Shown here: piece after piece, positions 39,241 to 48,377 of the stretch
Layout of the letters: the number at the start of each line of letters is the position of its first letter
Position numbering within the stretch: the first letter of the stretch is position 1
Origin: Haliangiales bacterium
GTDB lineage: Bacteria > Myxococcota_A > Polyangia > Haliangiales > Haliangiaceae
Reading direction: 5' to 3'
NCBI GenBank assembly: GCA_038321315.1
Contig: JBBQEX010000005.1
Coordinates: 164,097-212,473 of the forward strand
DNA: 48,377 nucleotides
Made by a program: the position numbers and the translations under genes
The notes under the pieces: model-generated
The model's database searches: none
What the model was told of the DNA's origin: nothing
What the model saw: the letters and a program-made list of their open reading frames with translations, nothing else

Positions 39241-40545
39241 GTGTTGCCACCCGGACCGAACGCACCCGCGCTCCTCCAGATCGGCCGCTGGATCGTGCGC
39301 CCGATCGAGCTGCTCGAGAGCTGCCACGCGCGTTACGGCGACGTGTTCACGTTGCGTGCACCCGGCGGGACGGGGACGATCATCGTCGTCTCCGATCCCG
39401 ACCTCGTGAAGGGCATCTTCACGGCGGATCCGGACGTCCTGCTCGCGGGCGTCGGGAACGCGTCGATCCTGGAGCCGATGCTCGGTCGCCACTCGCTGCT
39501 CACGCTCGACGGCGCCGAGCACCTGCGACAGCGGCGGCTCCTGTTGCCGGCGTTTCACGGCGAGCGGATGCACGCGTTCGCCGCGATCATGCGCGAGATC
39601 ACCGAGACCTCGTTCGCGTCGTGGCCGATCGATCGCCCGTTCTCGATCCACACGATGATGCAGTCGATCACGCTCGACGTGATCCTGCAGACCGTGTTCG
39701 GGATCGGCGCCGACGATCGCTATCACCTGCGCGCGGCGCTCGTCGATCTCCTCGAGATCGCGGCGAACCCGTGGCTCATCTTCCCCGGCCTGGTCGGCCT
39801 GAACCCGTTCAAGGTTCCGTGGCTTCGCATCACGCGGCTCAAGAAGCGCGTCGACGAGACGCTGTATCGCATGATCGCGGATCGCCGGCGGGCGCTGACC
39901 GCGACCGGCGACGTGCTCGCGATGATGCTCGAGGCGCGCGACGACACCGGCGCCGGGATGACCGACGTCGAGATCCACGACGAGCTGCTCACGCTTCTCC
40001 TCGCCGGCCACGAGACCACCGCGACGACGCTCGCGTGGATCTTCGATCGCGTGCTCGCGCATCCGCAGGTGCTCGCGAAGCTGCGCGACGAGCTCGCCGC
40101 CGGACGCGAGGAGTATCTCGACGCGGTGATCCGCGAGACGCTGCGCGTGCGACCGATCATCCCGATGGTCGGTCGCCACGTCGCCAAGCCCTATCAGCTC
40201 GGGCGCTGGACGATCCCAACCGGCATGCGCCTCGCGCCGTCGATCTACCTGTCGGGCATGAACGCGACGACGTATCCGGACCCGACGCGGTTTCTCCCCG
40301 AGCGCTGGCTCGGCGTCAAGCCCGACCCGTACACCTGGTTCCCGTTCGGCGGTGGGATCCGACGCTGTATCGGGATGGCGTTCGCGCTGTTCGAGATGCG
40401 GATCGTGCTGTCGACCATCCTGCCGCACGCCGACCTGCGACTCGCTGACGGCGCGGCGACCATCGTGCGGCGCGGCATCACGCTCGCACCGTCGAACGGC
40501 GCGCGCGTCGTGCTGTCGCGCCGCGCAGCCCGCCGCGCGGCGTGA
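39241..40545 (+). CDS. Cytochrome P450
   Basis: Heme-binding FGGGIRRCIGMAFA, I-helix AGHETT, K-helix ETLR, PERW motif. GTG/TTG start at 39241. Confidence 0.9.
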   Translation: MLPPGPNAPALLQIGRWIVRPIELLESCHARYGDVFTLRAPGGTGTIIVVSDPDLVKGIFTADPDVLLAGVGNASILEPMLGRHSLLTLDGAEHLRQRRLLLPAFHGERMHAFAAIMREITETSFASWPIDRPFSIHTMMQSITLDVILQTVFGIGADDRYHLRAALVDLLEIAANPWLIFPGLVGLNPFKVPWLRITRLKKRVDETLYRMIADRRRALTATGDVLAMMLEARDDTGAGMTDVEIHDELLTLLLAGHETTATTLAWIFDRVLAHPQVLAKLRDELAAGREEYLDAVIRETLRVRPIIPMVGRHVAKPYQLGRWTIPTGMRLAPSIYLSGMNATTYPDPTRFLPERWLGVKPDPYTWFPFGGGIRRCIGMAFALFEMRIVLSTILPHADLRLADGAATIVRRGITLAPSNGARVVLSRRAARRAA

Positions 40546-40828
40546 CATCTGCGTTCACCACCACCATGGCTGGCCTCTCCTCACACGAGCTCGAGCGATC
40601 GTCGCGCGCAAGCTCGCCGCCACGAAGCCGACGAGCGCGACCAATGCCGTACGTGGTCGCCGCACAGATCAACGCGAATTCGCGCAGGTGCGCCCGCGCC
40701 TCTGGTCGGATGCGCCGCCACGCGACGAACGCGATCACCAGCACGACGAGCGCGCTCCCGAATTCGGTCCGATAGGGATTCGCGGACGGGTCGTTCTCTG
40801 GATGACTCAGCATCCATGTGGGGCACAT
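40478..40828 (-). CDS. Possible small membrane protein (low confidence)
   Basis: Contains one strongly hydrophobic, GC3-rich segment (GSALVVLVIAFVAWRRIRP), but the N-terminal codons have mixed GC3 and the 3' end overlaps the P450 gene by 67 nt. Confidence 0.25.
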   Translation of the reverse strand: MCPTWMLSHPENDPSANPYRTEFGSALVVLVIAFVAWRRIRPEARAHLREFALICAATTYGIGRARRLRGGELARDDRSSSCEERPAMVVVNADVTPRGGLRGATARRARRSTVRA

Positions 40829-40940
40829 AGCAGGGTCGGCTCGCAGAGATCGTGCCGTCGACCAACTCGCGTGGATCCGTGCTGCCGCCGCGGCCCCGTG
40901 CCAGCGCGGCGCGCCGGTCCCTCCGGCACGTGGCCGGATG

Positions 40941-41618
40941 TCAGCGCGACGCGAGCGACACGCACAGCGGACATGCAGGCGCGGCGTGCGGCACGTCGCG
41001 GCGATGCAGGTCGAGCAGGGCCCGCGAGATCTGCGCGAGCTCGCGGCGAACCTCGCGCCGGCGACCCTTCACGCGCGCGATCGTCATGCGGTCGTACGCC
41101 GTCGTCTGGTGGCGCATCCACGCGATCACCGCCGCCTCGGCGCGCTCGGCGACCGGGATCCGCTGGGTGCGCGCGACAGTGCCGCTGCCGACCGGCGTCG
41201 CGTGCTCGGCGACGAGGCGCGCCATTCGCTGGCCCTGCGCGGCCCAGCTCGTCGAGAACTGCAGGAACGCGCGCACTTCTTCCTCGAACGTCACGACGTA
41301 CGCGGCCTGCGTCCGCTCGCGCCGGGCGACGTCTCCGGCCCGCTTCCTGGCGTAGCTGTCCGTCCCGCGCTCGGCGTCGAGCGCGGCGCGCGCCGCGTCG
41401 ATGTTCGCGGCCGGTGCCCACAAGCCCTTCGAGAACGCCTTGCGGCCCTGCTTCTCGATCACCGCCCACGACGGCCCGGCCGCCTTCACGCGGCGCGTGA
41501 GGCCGGCATCTCCCGGCGGGAGACATGCCCACGTGGGGGGCGGTGACATGCGCGAGCCATCGGGCGCGACGAACACCTTCGGATCCGCGGTCGGTGCGAG
41601 CACGAGCGCCTCGGTCAT
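40941..41618 (-). CDS. DUF2293-like protein, divergent from the helicase gene
   Basis: MTEALVLAPTADPKVFVAPDGSRMSPPPTWACLPPGDAGLTRRVKAAG... Start at ATG 41618; the further-upstream Met at 41660 has low-GC3 codons and would overlap the helicase start. Assignment to DUF2293 is from pattern memory. Confidence 0.65.
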   Translation of the reverse strand: MTEALVLAPTADPKVFVAPDGSRMSPPPTWACLPPGDAGLTRRVKAAGPSWAVIEKQGRKAFSKGLWAPAANIDAARAALDAERGTDSYARKRAGDVARRERTQAAYVVTFEEEVRAFLQFSTSWAAQGQRMARLVAEHATPVGSGTVARTQRIPVAERAEAAVIAWMRHQTTAYDRMTIARVKGRRREVRRELAQISRALLDLHRRDVPHAAPACPLCVSLASR

Positions 41619-41658
41619 CGCCGCGCACCTTACCTTCGAACAGAAGTAGAGTCGCGAC

Positions 41659-43263
41659 ATGACCGCGCCGGAGCTCCGTGCGTATCAGCGCGAAGCGATC
41701 GACGCGGTGATCGCCGCGCGACGCCGCGGCATCCGCCGCATGGTCGTGTGCCTGCCGACCGGCGCGGGCAAGACCGTGATCTTCTCGCATCTCGCGCGGC
41801 TCGCGACCAAGCAGGTGTTGGTGCTCGCGCATCGCGAGGAGCTGCTCGCGCAGGCGATCGACAAGCTGTCGCGCGCGCTCGACGACACGCGCGTCGTCGG
41901 CCTCGAGCGTGGGACGTCGCGCGCGCCAGCGGAGGCCAAGGTGCTCGTCGCGTCGCTGCGCTCGCTGCATCCCGATCGCATCGGCAGCGTGCTGTCCGGC
42001 CGCGACCTCGGGCTCATCATCTACGACGAGTGCCACCACGCGCCCGCGGAGGACAACCTGCGCGTGCTGCGCACGATCGGTGCGTTCGAACCCGACTGGC
42101 CGGGCACGCTGCTCGGCTTCACCGCGACCACCGCGCGCGGCGACGGCAAGGGCCTCGATACCGTGTTCGAGGAGATCGTGTACTCGCGGACGCTACCGGA
42201 GCTGATCGCCGAGGGCTTCCTCGCGCCGCTCAAGGGCTTTCGCATCGCGACCGCCGCGGATCTCACGCGCCTGTCGCCCGGCGGGAGCGACTTCACCGAC
42301 GACGAGCTCGCCGAGGCGGTCGACATCGAGGAGCGCAACGCGCTGGTCGCGCGCTCGATCCAGGAGCTCGCGCGCGATCGGCGCACCATCGCGTTCTGCG
42401 TCACGGTGAATCACGCGCGCAACCTCGCGCGCGCGCTGAACCACCTCGGCGTGCCCGCCGGCATCGTCCACGGCGAGATGCGGCCCGCCGATCGCGCACG
42501 CGCGCTCGCCGAGTTTCGCGACGGCCGCATCCACGTGCTCGCCAACGTCGCCGTGCTCACCGAGGGGTTCGACGATCCGGGCGTGTCGTGCATCGCGATG
42601 GCGCGCCCGACCCGCTCCGAGGGCCTCTACGCGCAGTGCGTCGGTCGCGGCACGCGGCTCGCCGACAACAAGCGCGATTGCCTGATCCTCGACTTCGTCG
42701 ACGTCTCGACGCTCAGCCTGTGCACGCTGCCGTCGCTGTTCGGCTGTCCGCGCGATCTCGATCTGCGCGGCGAGGACGCGAGCGACGCCGCGCGCGCGTG
42801 GATGCAGATCCAGCTCGACTACCCCGAGCTCGAGCTCGAGGCCGGCGCGCTCACGCTGCGCGAGATCCAGGATCGCGCCGAGGCGTTCGATCCGCTCACG
42901 CTCGAGCTGCACCACGAGGTCCGCGCGATCTCGCAGAACGCGTGGTTCTCGCTCGGTCGCCACGGTGTCGGGTTGCACTTCATCCCTCGAGCGGGCTCGC
43001 CGGTCGGCTCGGTCACCGTGCTCGCGCGCCCGACACGCGGCAAGCGCTGGGAGGTCGCCGTCGACGATCAGGTGATGGATCGGTTCTCCACCCTCGAGGA
43101 GGCGGTCCAGGCCGTCGACTACGAGGTCGATCGGCGCGGGCCGGTCGCGCGAGCCTCGGCGCACGACGATGCGGCGTGGCGTCACGAACGTCGGGGCCAC
43201 GTGACGCGCGCGCAGGCGCTCCAGCTCGCCGTGTGGAACGCGGTGACCCGAACGAGCCGATGA
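41659..43263 (+). CDS. Superfamily-2 DEAD/DEAH-box helicase (COG1061/ResIII-like)
   Basis: Walker A CLPTGAGKT, motif II DECHH, motif III FTATTAR, motif VI QCVGRGTR. 534 aa. Confidence 0.9.
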   Translation: MTAPELRAYQREAIDAVIAARRRGIRRMVVCLPTGAGKTVIFSHLARLATKQVLVLAHREELLAQAIDKLSRALDDTRVVGLERGTSRAPAEAKVLVASLRSLHPDRIGSVLSGRDLGLIIYDECHHAPAEDNLRVLRTIGAFEPDWPGTLLGFTATTARGDGKGLDTVFEEIVYSRTLPELIAEGFLAPLKGFRIATAADLTRLSPGGSDFTDDELAEAVDIEERNALVARSIQELARDRRTIAFCVTVNHARNLARALNHLGVPAGIVHGEMRPADRARALAEFRDGRIHVLANVAVLTEGFDDPGVSCIAMARPTRSEGLYAQCVGRGTRLADNKRDCLILDFVDVSTLSLCTLPSLFGCPRDLDLRGEDASDAARAWMQIQLDYPELELEAGALTLREIQDRAEAFDPLTLELHHEVRAISQNAWFSLGRHGVGLHFIPRAGSPVGSVTVLARPTRGKRWEVAVDDQVMDRFSTLEEAVQAVDYEVDRRGPVARASAHDDAAWRHERRGHVTRAQALQLAVWNAVTRTSR

Positions 43264-43271
43264 TCGTCGCG

Positions 43272-43469
43272 TTACACGTTGACCAGCCGCCACAGCTTGT
43301 TCGCCGCATCGGCGGTCGCGCCCACGAGCTGCATGTTCGACATGCTGGCCGGGATGTCGAACTCGACGGACTGCGCCTTGTGCTGGGCCTTGTACGTCGA
43401 GTCCTTCACGTGCCCGAGCTGCGCGCGGGCACCGGAGAGCTGCAGATAGTTCGCGTTGAAGGCGGTCAT
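43272..43469 (-). CDS. Small conserved-looking hypothetical protein (65 aa)
   Basis: MTAFNANYLQLSGARAQLGHVKDSTYKAQHKAQSVEFDIPASMSNMQLVGATADAANKLWRLVNV. Almost every codon ends in G/C, so the coding signal is very strong. The upstream part of the track ORF has low GC3, so the start is at 43469. No obvious SD. Convergent with the helicase (8-nt gap). Confidence 0.6.
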   Translation of the reverse strand: MTAFNANYLQLSGARAQLGHVKDSTYKAQHKAQSVEFDIPASMSNMQLVGATADAANKLWRLVNV

Positions 43470-43590
43470 GATTGCTTCGGAGGTGGCCACGTCGCAGCCT
43501 TGATCGTTCGCCACCAAATAAGAAGGGCGCTGTCCGGAGTTCGTCGCCCGCATCGGGTATCGACGCGCGGCCGTGGTTTCATCACGGAGC

Positions 43591-45003
43591 ATGGACGAGC
43601 ACGTGTTCGCGGGCACCTTGATCTACGAGAGCGCCCACGCGATGGAGCACGCGATCGACCGCTTCATGAAATCGAAGTCGATCCTGACGCCACTCGCGGT
43701 GCTCGCCTTCGACGGGCTGCGCCTCTGCGTGGAGTTTCGCGCGATGGCCTACCGAGGTCTCGACCAGCGCTACGTCGATGACTTCGCGATGCTCGCCGAG
43801 GCCGCGATCGACGGCGAGCTCACGGTCCTCGACAACCACGGGCGAACGGCCGCGAGGATCCCGCACGGTGGCAAGCCACGCGCGAAGCTGCCCGCGCGCC
43901 ACCGGCGCTGGGAGCTGTTCGCCGGCGCGAAGTCAGTCGACGCCCTGCGCGCGCTCGCCGCCGACGGCACCGCGATGGCGCAGCCGCTCGGTCCGCTGAA
44001 GGTGACCGCGCTGCACATCGCCGCGCGCGCGGGGGCCGAAGACGCGGTGGCGTTCCTTCTCGAGGTCGGAGTCCCGGTCGACGCGGCGACGATCGAGAAG
44101 ACGACGGCCCTCGCGTTCGCGTCGACCGGCGCGGTCGCCGGGCGGCTGATCGCGGCAGGCGCGAACATCGACGGCGAGGTCGGTGACTGCGCGATCGTCG
44201 TCAACTCGGCACGGCTCGACCGCGGCGAGGTCGTCCGCGTGCTGCTCCAGGCCGGCGCACGCGTCCCCGATGGTAGCCACCACGAGCTCGCGAAGGCGCT
44301 CGCGCTCGCCGGAGACTTCGAGCTGCTACGCGACCTGGCGACGGGCGATGACGCGTTCCGGACAGCCCTCGCCCACGACGACGTCATCAACGCCGCGCTG
44401 CGCAGTGACAACGAGGTCGCGCTCGATCTCCTGCTCGGCTTCGGAGCGCAGTTGCCCTCCGACTTCATCGGCCGCGCCGCCGCGTTCGGTGCGCGCACCC
44501 ACCTCCTCGCCGCCCTGCGCGCCGCCGACGCCGTGGCCTCCGCCGGGCCGTCTTCGAACGATCGCGATGCGATGTGCCTCGCCGCCGCCTACGGCCGCCT
44601 CGAGGCGATGCAGCTCCTCGCCGACGCCGGCGTCCCCGTCGAGCCGCGCAAGGCGGGCGCGACGTCGCCGCTGATCTGGTCCGTCTGGTCCGCCGCGCTC
44701 GACGCCGACGCCTGTCGCGCCACCGCGGCCTGGCTCCTCGAGCGCGGCGCCTCGATCGACACGGTCAACGCACGCCGCCGCACCGCGCTCGCCTTCGCGG
44801 TCGAACGGATGTCGCGTCACGGCGCGACGTTCCTCGTCGAGCGTGGCGCCGACCTCTCGCTGCTCTCCGCCGTGGCTCGCCGCGCCCTCGTCGACCTACT
44901 CCCTGACGAGCTCGCAGCCCGCGTTCGCGCAACCGCCCCTGCGAAGAAGCGCACGACCAAGAAGCCGGCGCCGACGAAGTCGAAGACGCGCAAGCGCGCG
45001 TGA
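43591..45003 (+). CDS. Ankyrin-repeat protein with Lys-rich basic C-terminal tail
   Basis: Multiple ANK-like units (TALHIAARAGAEDAVAFLLEVGVPVDAAT, RTALAFAVERMSRHGATFLVERGADL). C-terminal APAKKRTTKKPAPTKSKTRKRA. ATG at 43591; in-frame GTG at 43573 is an alternative. Confidence 0.8.
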   Translation: MDEHVFAGTLIYESAHAMEHAIDRFMKSKSILTPLAVLAFDGLRLCVEFRAMAYRGLDQRYVDDFAMLAEAAIDGELTVLDNHGRTAARIPHGGKPRAKLPARHRRWELFAGAKSVDALRALAADGTAMAQPLGPLKVTALHIAARAGAEDAVAFLLEVGVPVDAATIEKTTALAFASTGAVAGRLIAAGANIDGEVGDCAIVVNSARLDRGEVVRVLLQAGARVPDGSHHELAKALALAGDFELLRDLATGDDAFRTALAHDDVINAALRSDNEVALDLLLGFGAQLPSDFIGRAAAFGARTHLLAALRAADAVASAGPSSNDRDAMCLAAAYGRLEAMQLLADAGVPVEPRKAGATSPLIWSVWSAALDADACRATAAWLLERGASIDTVNARRRTALAFAVERMSRHGATFLVERGADLSLLSAVARRALVDLLPDELAARVRATAPAKKRTTKKPAPTKSKTRKRA

Positions 45004-45014
45004 ACGCCACACGC

Positions 45015-45407
45015 TCATCGCGCAGTGAGCGGGCGCTGATACTCCTCGCAGCGCGACGCGTTGGCGAACCCGCCATGCGCGGAGACGGCGTAGATCACGG
45101 TAGGGATCAGGAACACCACCCCGAGCACACCGAGGATCGGCACGTGATCGGTCTCCCCACCCGGGGTCGTCTCGTAGGCGACGAACGCGAGTCCGGACAG
45201 CGCGCCGAACGCGATGGCACCGACCACGTCGACGCGTGGCGCCGTGTCATCGGTCGAACACGCGACCGGGCGCGTGCCGGGGTCGTGCATCGGCGTCGTC
45301 TGCACGAAGTACGAACACCCCGCGAGCGCGACGCACGCGAGGTAGGCGGCGAGCCTCGCGATCGCGGCGTGACCGTCGCAGATCGGCTTGGGTTGCTGGT
45401 CGCGCAT
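45015..45407 (-). CDS. Small lipoprotein / membrane protein, hypothetical
   Basis: MRDQQPKPICDGHAAIARLAAYLACVALAGCSY lipobox. Two C-terminal hydrophobic helices. Very high GC3. Convergent with the ankyrin gene (11-nt gap). Confidence 0.65.
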   Translation of the reverse strand: MRDQQPKPICDGHAAIARLAAYLACVALAGCSYFVQTTPMHDPGTRPVACSTDDTAPRVDVVGAIAFGALSGLAFVAYETTPGGETDHVPILGVLGVVFLIPTVIYAVSAHGGFANASRCEEYQRPLTAR

Positions 45408-45500
45408 GCGGGCATCCTCTCCCAGGAGCGGGGGCTGGGTCCTGCACTTTGGCAAACCAGTCGGACGTCGCGCAGCGCACCCCGTGTCAGCATCGCCGTG

Positions 45501-46115
45501 ATGAAGAAAGTCGGATCACTGCTCGTGGCGGGTCTCTTGTTGATGGGTGCTTGCAAGAAGAAGGGAGGAGACCAGGGTGCAGGCAGCGCGGGCAGCGCCA
45601 CCACGGCGGGCAGCGCGACCACCGGAAGCACCGACAAGCCCGCACCGGGGAGCGCGGAGACGGCCACGACTCCGTGCTCCGCCACCGCGTGGAAAGAGCC
45701 CAGCGGGCTGTTCTGCGTCGAGGCAACGGGCTTCACGGCCAGCCCGGTCGAGACCAACGCCGACGACGACCCCAAGTCGACGATCTGGTTCAAGAAGCCT
45801 GACTCGGACACCAGCCAGGTCATGTTCCAGGTCTACTGGTACCCGAAGCGCACCGAGGCCACGATCGACGCCGTTGGGTTCGTCTCCAACATGGAGCTCC
45901 AGTACAAGAACGAGACTGGTGAGGGCACCGGCAAGTTCGCCGGTGGCAAGGGGCGGTTCTTCCAGTACTCGAAGAAGGCCGACGCGAAGTCACACAAGAT
46001 CCAGGCAGTCACGGAAGGCAAGAAGCGCGCGTACTGGTGCGAAGGCAACTCGTACGACGCCCCGATCGCGGCCGAGGTCATCGCGGCGTGCAAGAGCGTG
46101 ATCGCCACGGACTGA
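45501..46115 (+). CDS. Lipoprotein, hypothetical
   Basis: MKKVGSLLVAGLLLMGACKKKGG lipobox, then a Gly/Ser/Thr linker and a globular domain. Shares the ACKKK post-lipobox motif with the 13008..13715 lipoprotein. Confidence 0.75.
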   Translation: MKKVGSLLVAGLLLMGACKKKGGDQGAGSAGSATTAGSATTGSTDKPAPGSAETATTPCSATAWKEPSGLFCVEATGFTASPVETNADDDPKSTIWFKKPDSDTSQVMFQVYWYPKRTEATIDAVGFVSNMELQYKNETGEGTGKFAGGKGRFFQYSKKADAKSHKIQAVTEGKKRAYWCEGNSYDAPIAAEVIAACKSVIATD

Positions 46116-46132
46116 CGGACCTACCGCCGAGC

Positions 46133-48040
46133 CTAGGGATAGTGGCCGACCAGGGTCACGCCGGTGTACGCCGCATAGCCGCGAAGCATCACGTAGTAGT
46201 CGGTGGCCGTGGGGTTGCTGAACGAGCACGTCTCCGTGTTGCCGTTGACGTACGGCCGGCAGTCGTACGTCGCGGTCGTCGGCTTGGCTCCCGCCTTGAT
46301 GTACATGTCGGCATCACCGGTGCCGCCGCTCGTCGAGAACACCAGGGTCGTTTGGCCCGCCGGGACGGTCAGCTTCCAGTACTTCGTCGAGCCGGTCGCG
46401 CCCGCGAGCCCGGTCACCGGCACGTTGTTGCCGAGCGCGGTCGTCGTGTCGGTCGACGCCGCGTAGGTCGCGGTCAGCGTCACGCCCGCGTACGTCGCGT
46501 AGGCGTTCAGCATCACGTACCAGGTGCCGGCGGCAGGATTCGCGAACGTGCAGGTCTCGCTATTGCCGTTGACGTACGGCCGGCAGTCGTAGGTCGTCAG
46601 CGTCGGTGCGGAGCCCGAGCGGACGTAGAGATCGGCGTCCCCGGTGCCGCCAACCAGCGTGACCGTCAGCGACGTCTGGCCGGCCGGGACGACGATCGTA
46701 TAGTTCGCCTGCGCACCGGTCGCGCCGGACAGGTTCGGGACCGGGACCCCGCTCGACAGCGAGCCACCACCGGTGGTTCCGCCGCTCACGGTGACCGAGG
46801 CCGTTGCGGTGTGCGACGTCGAGCCCGAGGTGCCCTTGACCGTGAACGTCGCCGAGCCACTCGCGGTCGACGCCGCCGTCAGCGTCAGCGTCGAGCTGCC
46901 GCCGGCGGTGACCGTCGTCGGCGAGAACGCACCGGTCACGCCGCTCGGCAGGCCGGAGACCGACAGCGCGATGCTCTGCGAGCTGCCGCCGATCGCGCTG
47001 GTCGTCACGTGGATCGCGACCGAGCTTCCGGGCGCCACCGTCGAGCTGGTCGGCGAGTCCGCGACGCTGAAGTCGGGGGAGGTCGAGGTGGCGCGCGTGG
47101 TGATGCACGCATTCTGCTGATTGGACCACTCCTTCTGGACCGTGTAGCTGAACCCGTCGCCACCGGTGAACGTGCCCTGTTGCGCGTTGCAGATGTCGCC
47201 GATCTCACCGTTCGTGGTGTCGTACCAGGCGAGCGGTGGGCCGACCGTCGTCGAGAGTCCGACCTCGGCATCGGTGATCGTCTCGACCAGCTCGTGCGAG
47301 GCCACCGAGGCCTGGTTCGCGAACGCCGACGGCGACGAGCCGCACCCAGACGCGCAGCTGCCGGTCATGTCGGGGAGAACCCCGTAGTAGACGTTCTGCG
47401 AGCCGATCGTGAACGTACCGTGATACGCGCAGAACACCTGGCACGACTGCGCGCCGCTCGGATCGGTGATCGTCTTGCCCGCCGGAAAGTTCACCATGTA
47501 GATCGTGTTGTTGGTCGCCGCCGGCAACGTGCCCGCCTGGATCTTCGCTGCGAGCTCGGCCTGGATGCTCGCGTCGGTGACCGTCGCGCCGTTGTGCGCG
47601 CTGGTCGGCGAGATCTGGACCTGTTGCAGGAATCCACCACGTCCGATCGTCTGCGACGGCGAGCTGGTGTTGTATTCGGCCAGCCAGTCCCAGACGCCGC
47701 TCGACATCGCCTGCTGATAGAACGAGGCCATCGTGCCGGTGCCGGTCCCGCTGACCTGCGAGATGTATGTCCCCGAGCCGTAGAGCACCTGCACGACGCT
47801 CGCGTTCTGCACGACCTTCCCGCCGTAGTAAGTCAGGTGAGCCGCGGACGCCGGCGCGAGTAGCGTCGGGTCCGACGCGTGCGTGTCGGCACCGGTGACC
47901 GACATCGCGTGTACGCGATCGCTGAATGTGACGTCGGGATGGGGATCGTCCGTTGGCAGATCTTCGGTCGCGACCGACGCGACACACGCAGACAGGGCGA
48001 ACGATCCGAGGGCAAGGATCTGGGAACAGCGGCTCATCAT
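46133..48040 (-). CDS. Secreted (lipo)protein: PHI-1/EXORDIUM-like domain + Big-like region + two tandem pre-peptidase C-terminal (PPC) domains
   Basis: Signal MMSRCSQILALGSFALSAC. The N-domain LTYYGGKVVQNASVVQVLYGSGTY...QVFCAYHGTF...VASHELVETITDAEVG is paralogous to the N-domain of 17296..18879. Two repeats of about 95 aa follow (GGTGDADLYVRSG...YDCRPYVNGNSETC and GGTGDADMYIKAG...YDCRPYVNGNTETC). Start chosen at Met 48040; Met codons at 48037, 48058 and 48070 are alternatives. Confidence 0.85.
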   Translation of the reverse strand: MMSRCSQILALGSFALSACVASVATEDLPTDDPHPDVTFSDRVHAMSVTGADTHASDPTLLAPASAAHLTYYGGKVVQNASVVQVLYGSGTYISQVSGTGTGTMASFYQQAMSSGVWDWLAEYNTSSPSQTIGRGGFLQQVQISPTSAHNGATVTDASIQAELAAKIQAGTLPAATNNTIYMVNFPAGKTITDPSGAQSCQVFCAYHGTFTIGSQNVYYGVLPDMTGSCASGCGSSPSAFANQASVASHELVETITDAEVGLSTTVGPPLAWYDTTNGEIGDICNAQQGTFTGGDGFSYTVQKEWSNQQNACITTRATSTSPDFSVADSPTSSTVAPGSSVAIHVTTSAIGGSSQSIALSVSGLPSGVTGAFSPTTVTAGGSSTLTLTAASTASGSATFTVKGTSGSTSHTATASVTVSGGTTGGGSLSSGVPVPNLSGATGAQANYTIVVPAGQTSLTVTLVGGTGDADLYVRSGSAPTLTTYDCRPYVNGNSETCTFANPAAGTWYVMLNAYATYAGVTLTATYAASTDTTTALGNNVPVTGLAGATGSTKYWKLTVPAGQTTLVFSTSGGTGDADMYIKAGAKPTTATYDCRPYVNGNTETCSFSNPTATDYYVMLRGYAAYTGVTLVGHYP

Positions 48041-48377
48041 GGCGGTCGCTTCGTTCATGGTCGATGCCATCGCGCGATGCACATCTCGCGCATCACGCGC
48101 GATCGGCCGAGGTGCATCCCGATGGTCACACTCGCGCAAATCCGGTGTCGGCGCGCTTACCTTCGAGGTCAGGTCGTGTGGGAGGTGTTGCTCGATCGTA
48201 GTCAAGCAGCCGAGATCAACGCTGCAACGTGGGCGAACCAACCGGTCGTGCGTGGACAGAACCGGTCATCGAGCGATCTTCGGTCAAGTCCCTTTTTTTG
48301 TGTGATTGCCTGAAGGGGGAACATCGGGATTCGTCGTCGGTGATCGGTCAGGCCGCAGCGGCGCAAGTGGTGTCGAG

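Noticed and set aside
37938-40548. 836-aa plus ORF 37938..40448 and 551-aa minus ORF 38893..40548
   Set aside because: Alternative frame or antisense of the secreted-protein and P450 genes. The real genes show motif-level support (heme-binding Cys loop) in another frame.
40352-42039. ORFs 40352..41500 (+), 40807..42039 (-), 41748..43781 (+)
   Set aside because: Arg-rich shadows of the DUF2293-like gene and the helicase.
46037-47863. 608-aa plus ORF
   Set aside because: Antisense to the EXORDIUM-like/PPC gene; Arg/Gly-rich.
48070-48377. Possible terminator near the T7 run (about 48290)
   Set aside because: Only a weak, large-loop inverted repeat precedes the T-run, and no plus-strand gene ends upstream. 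More likely a promoter/UTR region of the minus-strand gene.

Overview
High-GC (about 70%) bacterial chromosome segment, probably Myxococcota (Sorangiineae/Nannocystineae-like). Evidence for the lineage: a Myxococcus cysteine-rich repeat (TIGR02232-like) in a Kelch lipoprotein, two TIGR02996 repeat-companion domains (LVYADWLEEHGDP...), and many LxxC lipoproteins. The window is gene-dense, about 40 genes, with no rRNA, tRNA, CRISPR or transposon. Its core is an 11 kb minus-strand branched-chain amino-acid supra-operon, ilvD-ilvB-ilvH-ilvC-leuA/leuC-leuD-cimA-like-leuB (18928..30089). That operon is preceded by what looks like a classical ribosome-mediated transcription attenuator: a 50-aa leader peptide rich in Ile/Leu/Val, many in rare codons, an anti-terminator complement overlapping its stop codon, and a strong intrinsic terminator 24 nt before the ilvD start. 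leuA and leuC appear fused in-frame in this sequence. Other content: secreted hydrolases (S8 subtilase with P-domain, phospholipase D-like); a pseudokinase fused to TIGR02996; a TIGR02996+LRR gene with an apparent frameshift; an amt ammonium transporter co-oriented with a CPA antiporter and a beta-barrel porin; a cytochrome P450; an SF2 helicase divergent from a DUF2293 gene; and two paralogous secreted proteins with a plant PHI-1/EXORDIUM-like domain. The long arginine-rich ORFs in the six-frame track are antisense artifacts of the GC-rich genome.
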